The notes beneath the pieces are model-generated. The model searched no databases and had not been told where the DNA came from. It saw only the letters and a list, made by a program, of their open reading frames with translations. Source: Dicyema japonicum (taxonomy: Eukaryota > Animalia > Dicyemida). From it: DNA of 64,000 nt. Below, piece after piece: positions 1 to 11,583 of the stretch (position 1 is the first letter of the stretch; every line of letters begins with the position of its first letter). The position numbers and the translations under genes were made by a program. The stretch lies in the NCBI GenBank assembly GCA_011109175.1, contig RDEW01000091.1, forward strand, positions 2,169-66,168, given 5' to 3'.

Positions 1-659
1 ACCTGGGGTTAGTGGTGGACCACAACGGCCTGTAGCTGAGGACAGTGATCACTTTTGTTTGTTACAATGACAAGTGTCAGTGGACGAGTGAAGTTGTTGG
101 CTGTTCCAAAACAAGATTCGAGAAGATTCCTTCGTGGTGGATGGCAATTGATTGCCGACACCTTTAATGAGAGGTTTTCGACCTGAAAGAGCATTTCAAA
201 TGTCAAATAATTGCTAAAGGGATGGATCCCTAAAAAGAATAATGTTGAAGTTGGGAAATTTTCAACAAATGAAATTGTTCCTAATGCTCCCACAAAAAAT
301 TCTGTATATGGAAAGTGTGTGGAGTTGAAGATTCAATTGTTCGGATAATTGCACGGGATGCGAGGGCTCCGGCCCGGAAAATCCTTTATAGCCTAGTCAA
401 AACCGATGTGCTTACTGTATGGAATGCAGCCATTGCAAATTTTATGGCTGCCCAAAGACCCAGGGTTCTTAAAAAAGTAACAGACATTATATTCGCAGAA
501 CATATGTTGTTGTACGTGAAAGTTACAAACATCATTACATGGAAGGAGAATACTGAAGGAAAAGTTTTGTCTCCTTAGTGACTATGAAGACTAAAAGAGT
601 ATGGAGGATAAAGAAATAATGATGAATATACTTGCATCTTATGGATATAAGAAATCACG

Positions 660-830
660 AAGGGTAATTTGCCATAGTAGTTGCAGCCATTACAGACAAA
701 ATTAGAGTACTGGAAAAAAAACTCACAATTCATGAGTCGAGGATAGCATTCAGAAATTATGTGTTCGAATTGAACAGAAGGAGATTCTATCGAAGTCTTA
801 CCGATGATGCACAGCATACTGTGTGTGAAG
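660..830 (+). mobile_element. Possible degenerate non-LTR retrotransposon fragment (R4/Dong-like pre-RT region)
   Basis: Translates to ..KIRVLEKKLTIHESRIAFRNYVFELNRRRFYRSL.., resembling the N-x-x-F-x-x-N-x-x-x-FY-x-x-L segment ahead of RT in RLE-type LINEs. No RT motifs follow. Confidence 0.3.
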
Positions 831-1289
831 TGGGAAAAGATAAGTGTTTATTTTTTGGGAAACCGTGTGTAAGTCAGAGATCTTTCAACGCTGTCAAAAA
901 TGTATAACTGAAGTGGAAGAGTCTCCAGTGGATATAACACGTGACTTTATTAAGAACATAATTGAATGTTCACTGAATTGAAAGTCATCTGGTTACCATG
1001 GTATCTATTGTTTTTTAGTCAAGAAATTTGAGGCCCTTCACGATATTTTTTGTGATGAGCTATTGAAAATTTAGTGGGGAATATTCACCGGAGTATCAAT
1101 TGCGTGTTTTCATTAATAGTATAGATATGTAAATACAGTAAAGTCCATCTAATTGGCCAATTTATAGCTAAAAGTTCACGTCACGGGTTTAAAAAAGCAA
1201 ATTTTCCTAAGAAATTGGCCAATTCTCAAATTAGCTAACATTATTAAAAAACATAAAATTTATTTTTACTAATCTTTTTCTATAAGAAA

Positions 1290-1640
1290 CAATTTACCTG
1301 TGGATGAGTGAAGGGTTTGATTGCATAAAAAACAGCCCTTGGAATGAATCTCAACCACTCCTTTTTATTATCCAAACTCATCATTTCCGACAAAGTTCTT
1401 GTGGTCGTCTGGTTAAATCTCTTCACAATCCCTTGACTTTGGGGATTGTCGGGTTTCCATGTATTTGCGTCACATTAAATTCTTTGCATAACTTTGTCAC
1501 ATGACAATTCTTGAACTCTGTTCCATTGTCGATTGTAAATATACACATGGGCCGTAATACATAAAAATTTCTTGTAGTTTATGGGCCATTTCATTCCACT
1601 TTTATTCTTAAGTAAAAGCATATTTGAAATCAACAACAGA
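1290..1640 (-). mobile_element. Retroviral-type integrase (rve) remnant, GIN/Ginger/KRBA2-like
   Basis: Frameshifted minus-strand translation YGPCVYLQS-DNGTEFKN..VTKLCKEFNVTQIHG..PQSQGIVKRFNQTTTRTLSEM..W.RFIP matches the integrase core motifs (SDNG.EF, PQSQG.VER.N). Confidence 0.75.
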
Positions 1641-2739
1641 AAGCAACCAAGAAAAATGATTATTTTGATATTTAAATCTATAAAATAACATAAACTTCGT
1701 TTTTCCTCCAAAAATAGGACCGATGTCAAGCTCTCCCATGTTTTTAGACAAACTTAAAAATTTTTAGACAAACTTAGAATCCTCCAAAAATCCTCCGGTA
1801 ACCATTTGTTTTGATAAGTTTGACTTATCAGCCCGGACGTGATACTATAAGACAACAACTAACTTCTTTACTAGTAACCTCGATGCACAACAATTTCTTC
1901 AGATGTAACGAGGGGTGATGAGTGATCCAGAAACAGGGGACATAACGAGGGGTATAGTAAATTCAGGAAGCGAATCGCATTGTTTGGGTCTCAGACAGTC
2001 AGGTATAACCCAAGAAGACAAAGGTTTCAAAGACTTCCTCGACAGCCTTACACATCCCAAAAAATTTCAAAATCATATGTTTAATCTAAAATTGATAAAT
2101 CAAGGTTACTTTGCGGTTAGATTAATCATTTTCGTCAGTTTATTTATTAAAACCTTTTACATTGAGAATGAAGTTAATGGTCAATAACTAATTAAATCCA
2201 GTTACCATGGTCATAGAAGCAAAGAGACCTCTTGATATCGCAAAAAGACCATCCAGAGGAAAGGAAGTGTTCAGATTTTACAGTTTTTGGAACCCTTCCA
2301 GTAGTGTGGGACAGAGTAAATTTAATTATTTTCACTACCACTGGGCGCCACCTGAGAAAAGTGGATCACATGATGTCACTTTATTATACAGAAACAAATT
2401 AAATAATTCCTAGAAAGCTGGAAATTCTGTGGAACTACATTTCGAAGGAGTCGTGATATCAACCTGGTGTTTGCCTGCTTTTGGTTGAACGTGGTAGATC
2501 TTCGTCTAGTTCGTTGCGGAAAGGTTTGCCTAGAGGGTATCCCATTCATTTAGGAATTTGGAGTCTTTTAGATTTCACAGAAAAGCCTTAATGAAGTTGC
2601 AAAATAGTTTTCCCGTATAACCTGACGTCAATTATTGTTTACCCAGTCATCTGTTTGACGTGAAAAGGCTCAAAACTGACTTCTCCAGACTTGCTCTCAA
2701 ATAATTGGCACAACACAACAATCTCAGTTAGTTCAGGCC

Positions 2740-3050
2740 GTCCTATATTCTTAGAGTCGAGAATACTAACATTTCTTGATGCAATTACTATATCATCAAC
2801 GTCGGGGAATAATACGTCGTTGTTACATTGTGGAATTGATAGGTCATTCATTAAAAATTGAATCGGTGGGGAGATGATGAGGAACCCTAAGGAACGCCAT
2901 TTGGTACATCGATTACTATGGCGTACTCGCTCCCGCTGACACTAAAAAAATTCCCCAGCCATAACTTCAAATTTGCGTCAATGTTCGAAGAATATATTTG
3001 TGAGTGATGATCTTCGGTACAGTCAAATACCTTCTGGTTGTCGATTTGAT
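2740..3050 (-). mobile_element. Degenerate LINE RT fragment
   Basis: IDNQKVFD..IDANLKLWLGNFFS..PNGVP*GS..DVDDIVIASR correspond to decayed RT motifs. Confidence 0.7.
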
Positions 3051-3059
3051 TAATTGATT

Positions 3060-3395
3060 TAATATACATGTTTCTCATATGCATGCGCCTCGTGGAAACC
3101 ATCCATATCTTGGACAAATATGAAGAAAATTGAGGAAATGCAAAAGAAGGCTTACAGAGTAACGGAGCGTTGGATTTGTGAAGATCACCGAACCGGACCT
3201 ACGCCTCTGGAAGCCCTTATAAGACTATACTCCAGATCACGGGAAAGTGGTCCTGAAAATTCAGGCGGCCGTCCTGTACGTTCATGCGCGGGCACGAAGA
3301 AAGAACACCGGGTAAAAATGAGGTATCTGTTAGAATGCATCGGGATCACGTGATAATTAATTTGGTTTTACCGTGGTCTTGGGTTAAATAAATTA
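3060..3395 (+). mobile_element. 5'-truncated LINE 3' end (same family as 26300-27880)
   Basis: Clearly homologous to 27545-27880 (MKKIEEMQKKAYRV.ERWICEDHR.GPTPLEAL). Ends IGIT* followed by the terminal stem-loop and an A-rich tail. Confidence 0.9.
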
Positions 3396-3519
3396 AAAAA
3401 TTAAAATATATATTTTTTAAATTATTTTATAATATGGCAAACCTTTTAATAAATTGGCACATTATTTGGCGTGCGTTGCCACGTTGTTGTGGTTGGCTTT
3501 TTGTTTCTATTGTATTTGT

Positions 3520-3950
3520 TCCTTCATATAATATATTCTACTGATTCTTCAAAATAATGCTGACGGCTGTTATCAAAATGTTCAATGTATGTTTTGGCAA
3601 CCTATAAATATGCACTATTCTTTATTATTTGATTTGTCTTATATTATTGAATGGCAAAATATTTTTACTTATAATGATGGAATTTTATGTACTCCTCCTT
3701 CTACAGTGGTGAAACATTTATATGGGACAAAAAGGGGTATTTTTAAAAAATTATTGATTCATTCACATTTTCAGATTCATTTTCCAAAGGTTCATTGAAT
3801 TCAGTATCTTCTAACACCATATTGTCAGGATTTACTTTTTCATAGAACAAACCAGCTTTTTTCGAACAATTAATAACAGTTTCTTTAGAAATTAACTTTA
3901 CGGCTTCTTTAATCCAAAATATACTATCAATCAATTTTATATACCTTTCA
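3520..3950 (-). mobile_element. pogo/Tigger transposase C-terminal remnant
   Basis: IDSIFWIKEAVKLISKETVINCSKKAG matches the I..AW..V..ETI.NCF.KAG motif. A CAGTAGAA-type TIR-like sequence lies near 3521-3543. Confidence 0.65.
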
Positions 3951-4152
3951 AGTTCAAATTGTGAATAAACAAAATCAAATTGGGAAAATCAAATCTGGAA
4001 TTGGCAAAATCAAATTGGCAAAGTGGAAATGGAATTGGGAGAAAACAAATTTGAATGGGAATAAGCAAATTCAAAATGGGATTACACCATATATTCAAAT
4101 CATTGACAAAAATTTATTTAAATTTTTTAATAAAAAAATTTTTATTTGACCG

Positions 4153-4480
4153 TTAGAAATTAACATCGTTAAGATTAATTAGACTGGGTAAAACCCCTTG
4201 TATCCGTGCAATCAACTTACTGCATCGTACCGCACTTATGCTTTTCATTAATTCTTCTATAATTTTTTCCAGTACACGCAAATGATATTCAGTATTTGTA
4301 AGCGTAGACGTAGTCTCATGAGATAAAATTTCCGACATTTTTGTAGATAATTCTCGTTTAACTTCGGATTTTAAAATTGCCCATACACCTTCTATCGGAT
4401 TTAACATTGGACTATATGGTGCTAATCGCAAAATTAGATTTCTGTTTATTTCTGGATCTTGTAAAATATAATTTTTTAGG
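4153..4480 (-). mobile_element. Tc1/mariner (IS630-like) DDE transposase fragment
   Basis: LILRLAPYSPMLNPIEGVWAILKSEVK is the canonical P.YSP.LNPIE..W..LK motif. Truncated at about 4480 where the CRE-like element begins. Confidence 0.85.
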
Positions 4481-6690
4481 CCATTGTGGCAGGTCACTCT
4501 CAGGCGGACCACGCAATCCAACCGCTGATACTTACAAGATTCTATTGGAGAAGCATCCACCCTCTCCGAATGAATTACGCCACTGTTCATCCCCATCAAA
4601 AGTGACCCCTTTGTCCACGTCGCCTGAGGATGTCATCACGGCGTTATGGAACTTTGCACCAAGCAGCAGTGGAGGTCTCGATGGCTTAAGGCCTGGCCAT
4701 CTTAAGGACCTTATTTCACCGACTATTAGAGACCAAGCATGTCGTCTCCTTCTCACTCACTTCTCTTATGAACAGGATATTATCCGGACATTTGCCTGAT
4801 TTGATACGTCACATCTTGTTTTCGGCTAGTCTGATTGCGTCGACAAGAAGGGAGGTGGTATCCGACTGATCGCGGTCAGATTCACCTTCAGAGACTAGGT
4901 TCCAAGATTGCTTCCAGATTTTCTACGTCAATTTTATCAAAATCCTTACTTCCCAGTCAAGTTGGAGTCGGAGTTCGTCTTGGATGTGAGGCAGCCGTTC
5001 ACTTTTTCAGACATTCAGGAACCGCAACATTCAAGACTTTAAAAGGAACATTATGGTAAAGCTGGACATCAAGAACGCTTTTAACAGTTTAAGAAGAGAC
5101 TGCATTCTGGAGGCCTGCAAAGAAAGATGTCCAAACATATTTGAACTGGTCAATTATTCATATGGAAAACCTCATCTCTATTGAACGGGGATTTCATGAT
5201 TCCATCGTCCTCGGGTGTTCAACAGGGCGACCCCCTCGGACCACTGCTGTTCTCCCTCGGCATTGAGAGGATCACGAAGCTCTCTAGATGCCCACTCAAC
5301 ATCTGGTACCTCGATGACGCTGTCCTAGGAGGTCCCCGGAAACGGTCTTCCAGGACTTAGAAGTACTCATCCCGCGTTGTCCGAGGTGGGTCTTCAGTTG
5401 AATATAACGAAATGTGAAATAACAAACTGTGGTCTTGCTGACGATGACTTCTCTTCAATTGTTCAAAAATTTTACTCCTTGTTTCCGGTGGGATTTCGAC
5501 CCCTGAAAATGAATTGATTTTTCTTGGATCCCCGATCACTAGAATGCGATGAAGCATGTCCTCCTTGACAAAAAACGACTCCTATGCGAATCGCTGGAAG
5601 ATTACAGCTGCTGACTCACACTCAGCACTATTCCTATGAAAAGAAGTCTTAACATTCAGAGAATCGCCTATTTACTCAGGACAGCCCGTACTATTCCAAT
5701 TGGAGCAGCTTGAGCTTCGATTTGTCTTTCCTCAGCTCGATGAAGCAAATATTTAATGTCAAATTCGACGATGCTACATGGAAGCGAGCTACACTCCCAG
5801 TTAGATTTGGGGGTCTTGGAATCCGTCGTACTTTGGACGTCTCACTTCCTGTACATCTGTCTTCACTCACGGCCTGCGAACGTTTGGTCAAGAGGATTCT
5901 ACACTCCCTACCCAAATTCTCAATTGACCAAGATATAATCCACGCACGAGAAGCATGGAATGCCACCAACCTCCCCCTGCGTCCTTCACAAGACTGCCAG
6001 CGAAACCTAGACAATTTATTGTGCTGGAAATCATTTGGACTCTACTGGAATCTGCCAATCAGCACTGAGGCGCTTGTTTTGCTTTTCAGGGGCTGGGACT
6101 GAAAGTATGTGTACCTCACCCGTGCCGATGTGGTGTCGTGATAGACTGCTATGGCCTGCACCCTCGTTTGCAAAGAGGATCGCTGGCAGAACTCCAAGAC
6201 ACAGGGCTCTGAATGAAATTGCCAAACAGGCTATGGATGCTGCTGGATACTCGGTCATTCTCGAACAGGTCGGGTTATGCAAAAGTGACAGAAACGACCG
6301 GACGGGATGACCATATTTCTTTTTGTGGCCGGGAAACCACTTGTTTGGAACGTGACATATACAGATACGTTCGCCTCAAAAAATCTTCAAGAGTGCGTAT
6401 CAAGAGCCTGTTCTGCAGCCTTCAAGACGGAGAAGGCCAAACTCGAAAAATACGGCGACCTTCCGATAATGTCCGATTTGTTCCCGTTTGCTATGAGACT
6501 TCCGGATCCTACTCCCCCTCTACATTATAGTTTTTCAGACGTCTTGGAAACCGGATCACCTCATGCACTGGAGATCTCCGCGAACGCCGCTGGCTGTTTG
6601 AGCGAATTTCGCTCGCAATTCTGAGAGGGAACAACCATGCAGTGAGAGCGGCAGCTAACTAATGTTTTGTCCTTATCATTTTATTAATAA
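4480..6690 (+). mobile_element. CRE-like non-LTR retrotransposon (RT + CCHC + restriction-like endonuclease), frameshifted
   Basis: Motifs in order: SSGGLDGLRPGHLKD; QVGVGVRLGCEAAVH; KLDIKNAFNSL; GVQQGDPLGPLLF; WYLDD; LPVRFGGLGIR; GRTPRHRALNEIAKQAM; DGMT..GKPLVWNVT..DTFA; FERISLAILRGN. Confidence 0.9.
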
Positions 6691-6779
6691 GAAGATTTTG
6701 TCCAATCAAGGTATAACTAGAGTTCCAACGGTCGGAGTCAAACGTATCCTTTCCAAGTATCATGTCCAACTATTTAGGT

Positions 6780-6831
6780 CAAGTGGGAACCTCTCCAGTG
6801 GAGGGGAAGAATGAGATCTTTTTTGGATATC
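6780..6831 (-). mobile_element. 3' part of a tRNA-derived SINE split by the hAT insertion
   Basis: The reverse complement gatatccaaaaaagatctcattcttcccctccactggagaggttccca aligns with the SINE body at about 63760-63815 (ctagtcagcataacaaaagggatcttgcttttccctgctgcgctggatgggttccca). Confidence 0.55.
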
Positions 6832-6839
6832 GTCTAGAC

Positions 6840-9558
6840 CAGAGTTCCCAACTTGGGTTCCGCGAAGTTCCAAAAATTTTTTTAATTTTTTTTCAAAAAA
6901 ATAATTATTCAAACTAATTAATTTAATTTGCGCGTGTCTAAATGGAGTCTTGTGATAGTGCATTTCTTAAAGTTAGATCGTATCGAGAAAGTTACATGCC
7001 TTTGGTTTCACATGAACAGGGAACATGGATTGCCCTTTACCACTTTGTGTTGTTTGCCGGTGAAAAATTTGCGAATAGTGCTATGCTCAAACGAAACTTA
7101 GACGTCATTTCTCAGGAAACTTCCAAAGAAAAAAATAATATTTTATGCGGAAATGTACCAGAATAAAGTTCAAGCATCCCTTTTTTACAAAAAAAATTCA
7201 AAATAAACGAAAAATGCACTGCATGCTAGTTATGCTGTTGCTGAGATTTCCGTTAAAAATATGAAATCGCATACTCTCGCCGAAACTGTTATTTTGCCTG
7301 CATGCAAAGTAGTGAAGATAATGTTCGGAGAATTGCTGCCGCTGAGCTCGACTTAATTCCTATGAAATTAAAAACCACTTTGGTTTTGCGTTTCAAGTGG
7401 ATGTAAGCTCAGATATTACAGGAAGAATGCAACTCCTTGTTTTCGTGCGATATATGAACGATGAATCAATTGTTGAAGATTTTCTTTGCTGCAAAGAGTT
7501 GCTCGGAACAACAAACGGATATGACATTTTCAATCTTATAAATTCATATTTTGAGGATATAAAGTTGGATTAGAATGTATGTGTGGGTATCTGCACTGAT
7601 GGTTCCTCAGGAATGACTGGGCAAGTTAAAGGCTTTGTTTCTATTGCGAATAATAAGAATCCGAACATTATTCACACACTGTTTTCTTCATCGCGAGGCA
7701 TTGGTCGCAAAAAAACTATTGGACATGGCTGTAAAAATAATTAATTACATCAAAATGAGGCCGTTGACATTGCGACATTTCTCGAAACTTTGTGAAAATA
7801 CAGAACATTCAGTTTTGATTTTGCACACTGAAGTAAGATGGCTCTCAAAGGGAAACATGTTAATTCATTTGTATCAACTAAGACACGAATTGTTGGCTTT
7901 TTGTATACAAGAGAAGTTGGGTGACTTTATTGAATGCCTCAATGGTGAATGTTGGTGTTGCAAATTAGCATACCTCGCCGAGATTTTTAGCGAACTCAAT
8001 GTTCTCAATAGCAGCATGCAAGGGAGAAATGAAAATCTATTTAGTTGCGCGGACAAAATAGCTGCTTTTCTGAAAAAACTAAAAATATATGGAAACAACA
8101 CATCACGAATGGAAACTTGGAAATGTTCCCTCATGTACAAGAAAGAAATTGTTCCACAAATCGTAGACCATTTGGAGTCACTATTTACATGTACGAATAA
8201 TTATTTTCTATCCATATCAGTTGAAATCTATGATTGGGTGAGGAATCCTTTTGCAGAGTACAAAATAACTGGAAACGAGCTATCATTAAAAGAGAAAGAA
8301 GAACTTGCGTTTGTTTCAAGTTACAGAACGTTAAAAATGGAATATTTACGTATAAAAGAATATCCTATTCTGGCAAACAAAGCTTTAAGAGTTTTGGTCC
8401 ACTTTTCAACGACTTATTTTTGTGGAAGTGGATTTTCTGCATTAACTAATATAAAGAATAAAAAACGCGCGAAACTACTGTATGTTTTTTAATTCTTTTT
8501 CAAGGCCAAATATTACAGAGCTCGAAAACCCCGATTTTTAAAGAATATTAATCTGAATGAATTACCTGTTATTTACTTCTCCAACGTTACAGCCTGGATG
8601 ACATCGAAATTGTTTTCAAAATGGTTGCAACATGTGAACATGCAGATGATGCGCCAAAAACGAAAAATTATTATGTTTTTGGATAATGCAGCATCACATT
8701 CACCAAACTTAAATATTCCAACGTGGAACTCAAATTTCTTCCAGCTAACACAACGAGTGTCATACAGCCTCTGGATCAAGGAATTATTTGGTCATTTAAA
8801 GAAAGATACAGAAGACTACTAATGACTCAACTTCTTGCCAAAATGGACACAGAAACCAATGGGACACCACTTGCAAAAAATTTCTCTCTTGTATGCTATC
8901 CGGTGGATTAGCTCAGCTTTATAAGGGTGGCATTCCAGTCAAAATATATGATATTAACAACAATCCCGAAAACAATTTACTGTTCATACCCCTCATGAAT
9001 AGACTAGTCGATAATCCAATGACAGAAAAAGAATTTGTCAACATAGACTTGGAACTACCCACTGAAAATCCCAAAGATTGGGAATCATCCATAGTTGAAC
9101 AATACCAAACAGTCTCAGCTTCTGATGATAATGACAGTGACTCAGATTCTGATAAGCAAACAGAGCCAAAACATATAGAGAAATTAACACGCACAAATGT
9201 TCAACAAATGCTAGACCAAATCTGCCACTTTGCTTGCACTCAAGACCCTGCATTACTCGATCCCGTCAACAGACTGATCTATCTGAACAATAAAGCGATT
9301 GCTGAATCGAAGCTAAATACGAGGCAATCCTTATTGACAGATTTCTATTAATTTTACTGTTTCACTTTTTCGTTATAAGTAAATTTAATGACTTGTTCAA
9401 TACACCGGCCTTCCCTCTATACCGGACAATTCTGTCGGTCCCGAGAGGAATCGGTTTAGAGGGGTTTGACTGTAGTTGTTAAAAATTATATAAGGGTTTC
9501 GTTTAAAATGAAAAATGTAGATAGGGTTCCGTGCTCTCAAAAAAATTGGGAACCACTG
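6840..9558 (+). mobile_element. hAT (Buster/ZBED5-like) DNA transposon with decayed transposase
   Basis: 8-bp TSD GTCTAGAC at 6832-6839 and 9559-9566. TIRs CAGAGTTCCCAA / TTGGGAACCACTG. Transposase motifs ICTDG, HCFLHREAL, HTEVRWLSKG, LAYLAEIF..LN.LN..MQG, FSTTY.C.SGFSAL. Confidence 0.92.
8480..9472 (+). mobile_element. pogo/Tigger transposon (DDE_1) nested in the hAT element, 5'-truncated
   Basis: AWMTSKLF..W, MFLDNAASH, FLPANTTSVIQPLDQGII..FK..YR. 3' terminus ...AGAGGGGTTTGACTG followed by TA. Confidence 0.88.
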
Positions 9559-9566
9559 GTCTAGAC

Positions 9567-9680
9567 AATGGGCGTCTCCTGAGAAGGGTTGATCGCATGA
9601 TACTTCTTTGAATTTGAAGAAAACATAGAGCAAAGCGGAGTCATTCTATTAACTAGGTGTGGGAATCGAACCCTAAAGTT
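9567..9680 (-). mobile_element. tRNA-derived SINE fragment (B box + body)
   Basis: Minus strand GGTTCGATTCCC (B box), then gtatcatgcgatcaacccttctcaggagacgcc, similar to the body of the SINE at 63645-63975. Confidence 0.6.
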
Positions 9681-9681
9681 A

Positions 9682-10668
9682 CAGTACAACCTCGTTTTGG
9701 AGAAACTCAAACTGAAGAAAATCCTATATGTCTGCTCTACGTCAAATTGTGTGAATGGGTACAAATTAAATACGAATATGGTAAAGAAAACATTTTCAAT
9801 TGCGATGAAACGGCAACTTTTTATAATGTCGAAAAAAGTTTTGCTGAAAAAAGTGAATCATCCAACGGACATGAAATAAGAAAAGAACATTTCTCGCTTT
9901 TTTTACGTTTGCAGCGGTCAAAGTCGCGTATTGAGAGGAGTAAGTCTAAAAGCCACTTGAATTGAATATGATGCTTTATACAAAGCTTGGATGACAAAGT
10001 ATTTTTCATAATTGGTTTTAACAAAGAAATGAAGGAAAGGAGAAGAAAAGTAGCATTACTGATGGCTAATGCAACTCGTCATGCTACGTCTATAAAAAAT
10101 TCAAACATCGACATAATATTTTTTCCATACTCCGAGGGAACTCGTTTGCGATCCACGTAGCCGGCTTCCTCAACTAACATTTTCTTTGTTGAATAATTTA
10201 TAAAAGGTACAATTAGATGCAATATCATATTCAAAATTAGCACGGGACGAAATAAATAAATCAACAATACGAAATTGCTTTGAAAAGGTCTTGGAAGTTC
10301 AATTTTCCATTTTAGAGACCTTTTATGATGATTACAGTAGTTATGAAAATAACAAGACACTTATGGAACATATAGAGTATGAAGAAGTTACAAAAAATAC
10401 GGAACGTGCTTTCACAATGCTTTTTAATGTAGTCAAACAAGAAACTCATGAAAATGTTCCTAAACTATACATTTAAAGCAGATATTATGCATTCACTAAG
10501 AAAAGAACAAAACATGAAAATAACATATTTATTTATCAAAAAATAAACATCTATTTTTTTATGCATTTTATAGTATTTTATTATAAAAATTATTTTTTCT
10601 ACATTTTTTATTTAGCTTTTTAAGACCCTCATTTTTGAGGAATTTTTTCCCTATTTCGTGGTGGACTG
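9682..10668 (+). mobile_element. Second pogo/Tigger element, highly degenerate
   Basis: TA-flanked imperfect TIRs (CAGTACAACCTCG / CGTGGTGGACTG). Motifs ENIFNCDET..FY, AWMT, RKVALLM.NA..H. Confidence 0.78.
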
Positions 10669-10959
10669 TACTTATTTACCCCCTGTCCCTTCTATGGAAA
10701 AAAAGCTGCAACCAAAAGTAACACTAACATTGATAAACCATATTGATTATGTGAAGAGGAAGAGAAATAAGTGAGAGAAAAGTTTGCTTATTGAGCGAAT
10801 TTCCTTGCAAATGCTGGGGGAAATACGTTTTCAATTCTGAGTGCGACCTATTTGATGGAAAGAAGCCTTTAGTAGTTATTAACTCCTTCGTATTTTGAAT
10901 TGAAATTTTATTTTGTTAACAAAAAATACTAACCGGAAGCAGAGGTTTCTATAGCACTC

Positions 10960-11347
10960 AATTGGATTCGGTGAGCCTGGGGAAGAGAATATATTGACTC
11001 GTTTTATGGTCAAGAGACAGAAAGAACAACGTGGCAAGTATATAGACCAGCTTTCCTACTGGAATTATGTAAGGTGAGTTGATGTCCACAGGAGAGACAT
11101 GCCAGATGGAGTCGAACTTCCCGAGGAAAGTTGGTTTTGTTTCTTTCAATATTCAGACGCTTAAGAAGTTCTTTACAACCCAGGATTTCGATTATATTTT
11201 CTCAATCCAGTCACGTATTTCCATAACCAGTGAAGAATCGGTTTCAGTATAAGGTAGAGAGCGGAGCACTGTTATAGGAACAAATGTAGATGATACTATT
11301 GAGTCCCCACAAATGGCACACACGACACTACTTTTCCACTACGCCAT
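10960..11347 (-). CDS. Possible small zinc-binding (Yippee/Mis18-like) protein, exon structure unresolved
   Basis: Two CxxC motifs (VCAICGDS, LACLSCG) followed by LFFLSLDHKTSQYIL, reminiscent of Mis18. Frames can only be joined through uncertain micro-introns. Confidence 0.3.
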
Positions 11348-11583
11348 CTTTCAAATGACCAATATTACACCAAAGAATGACTACTACAAAAATTTAAAAT
11401 TCTGACAAAATCTCATGACTATTGTTTCACAAAACCTAAGAAGCACTAGCATACCACGTTAATCTCCAACTCATTGTAATCAACAAATCTTATGACCTCG
11501 AGATTGCATAAGAATTAAAAAACACAAAAATAAAAAATTAACTAAAAATATATCGATTTAAAAACTAACAAAAATCAATTCAA

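Noticed and set aside
1-560. Furin-like cysteine-rich coding exons (CSDNCTGCEGSGPEN, RCAYCMECSHC)
   Set aside because: Frames are broken by stops that cannot be resolved with plausible introns, and the region is cut by the window edge. It is too weak to call.
2740-3395. Twin-priming 5' inversion of one LINE
   Set aside because: The geometry fits, but the inverted RT piece is far more decayed and resembles a different family (IDA.LKLW) from the 3' part. No TSD was found, so two independent insertions are more likely.
3965-4085. CRISPR-like or coding repeat (aaatcaaattgg units)
   Set aside because: Degenerate short units without unique spacers, in a eukaryotic context; probably a transposon subterminal repeat. 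The same applies to the taggaca repeats at 57070-57160.
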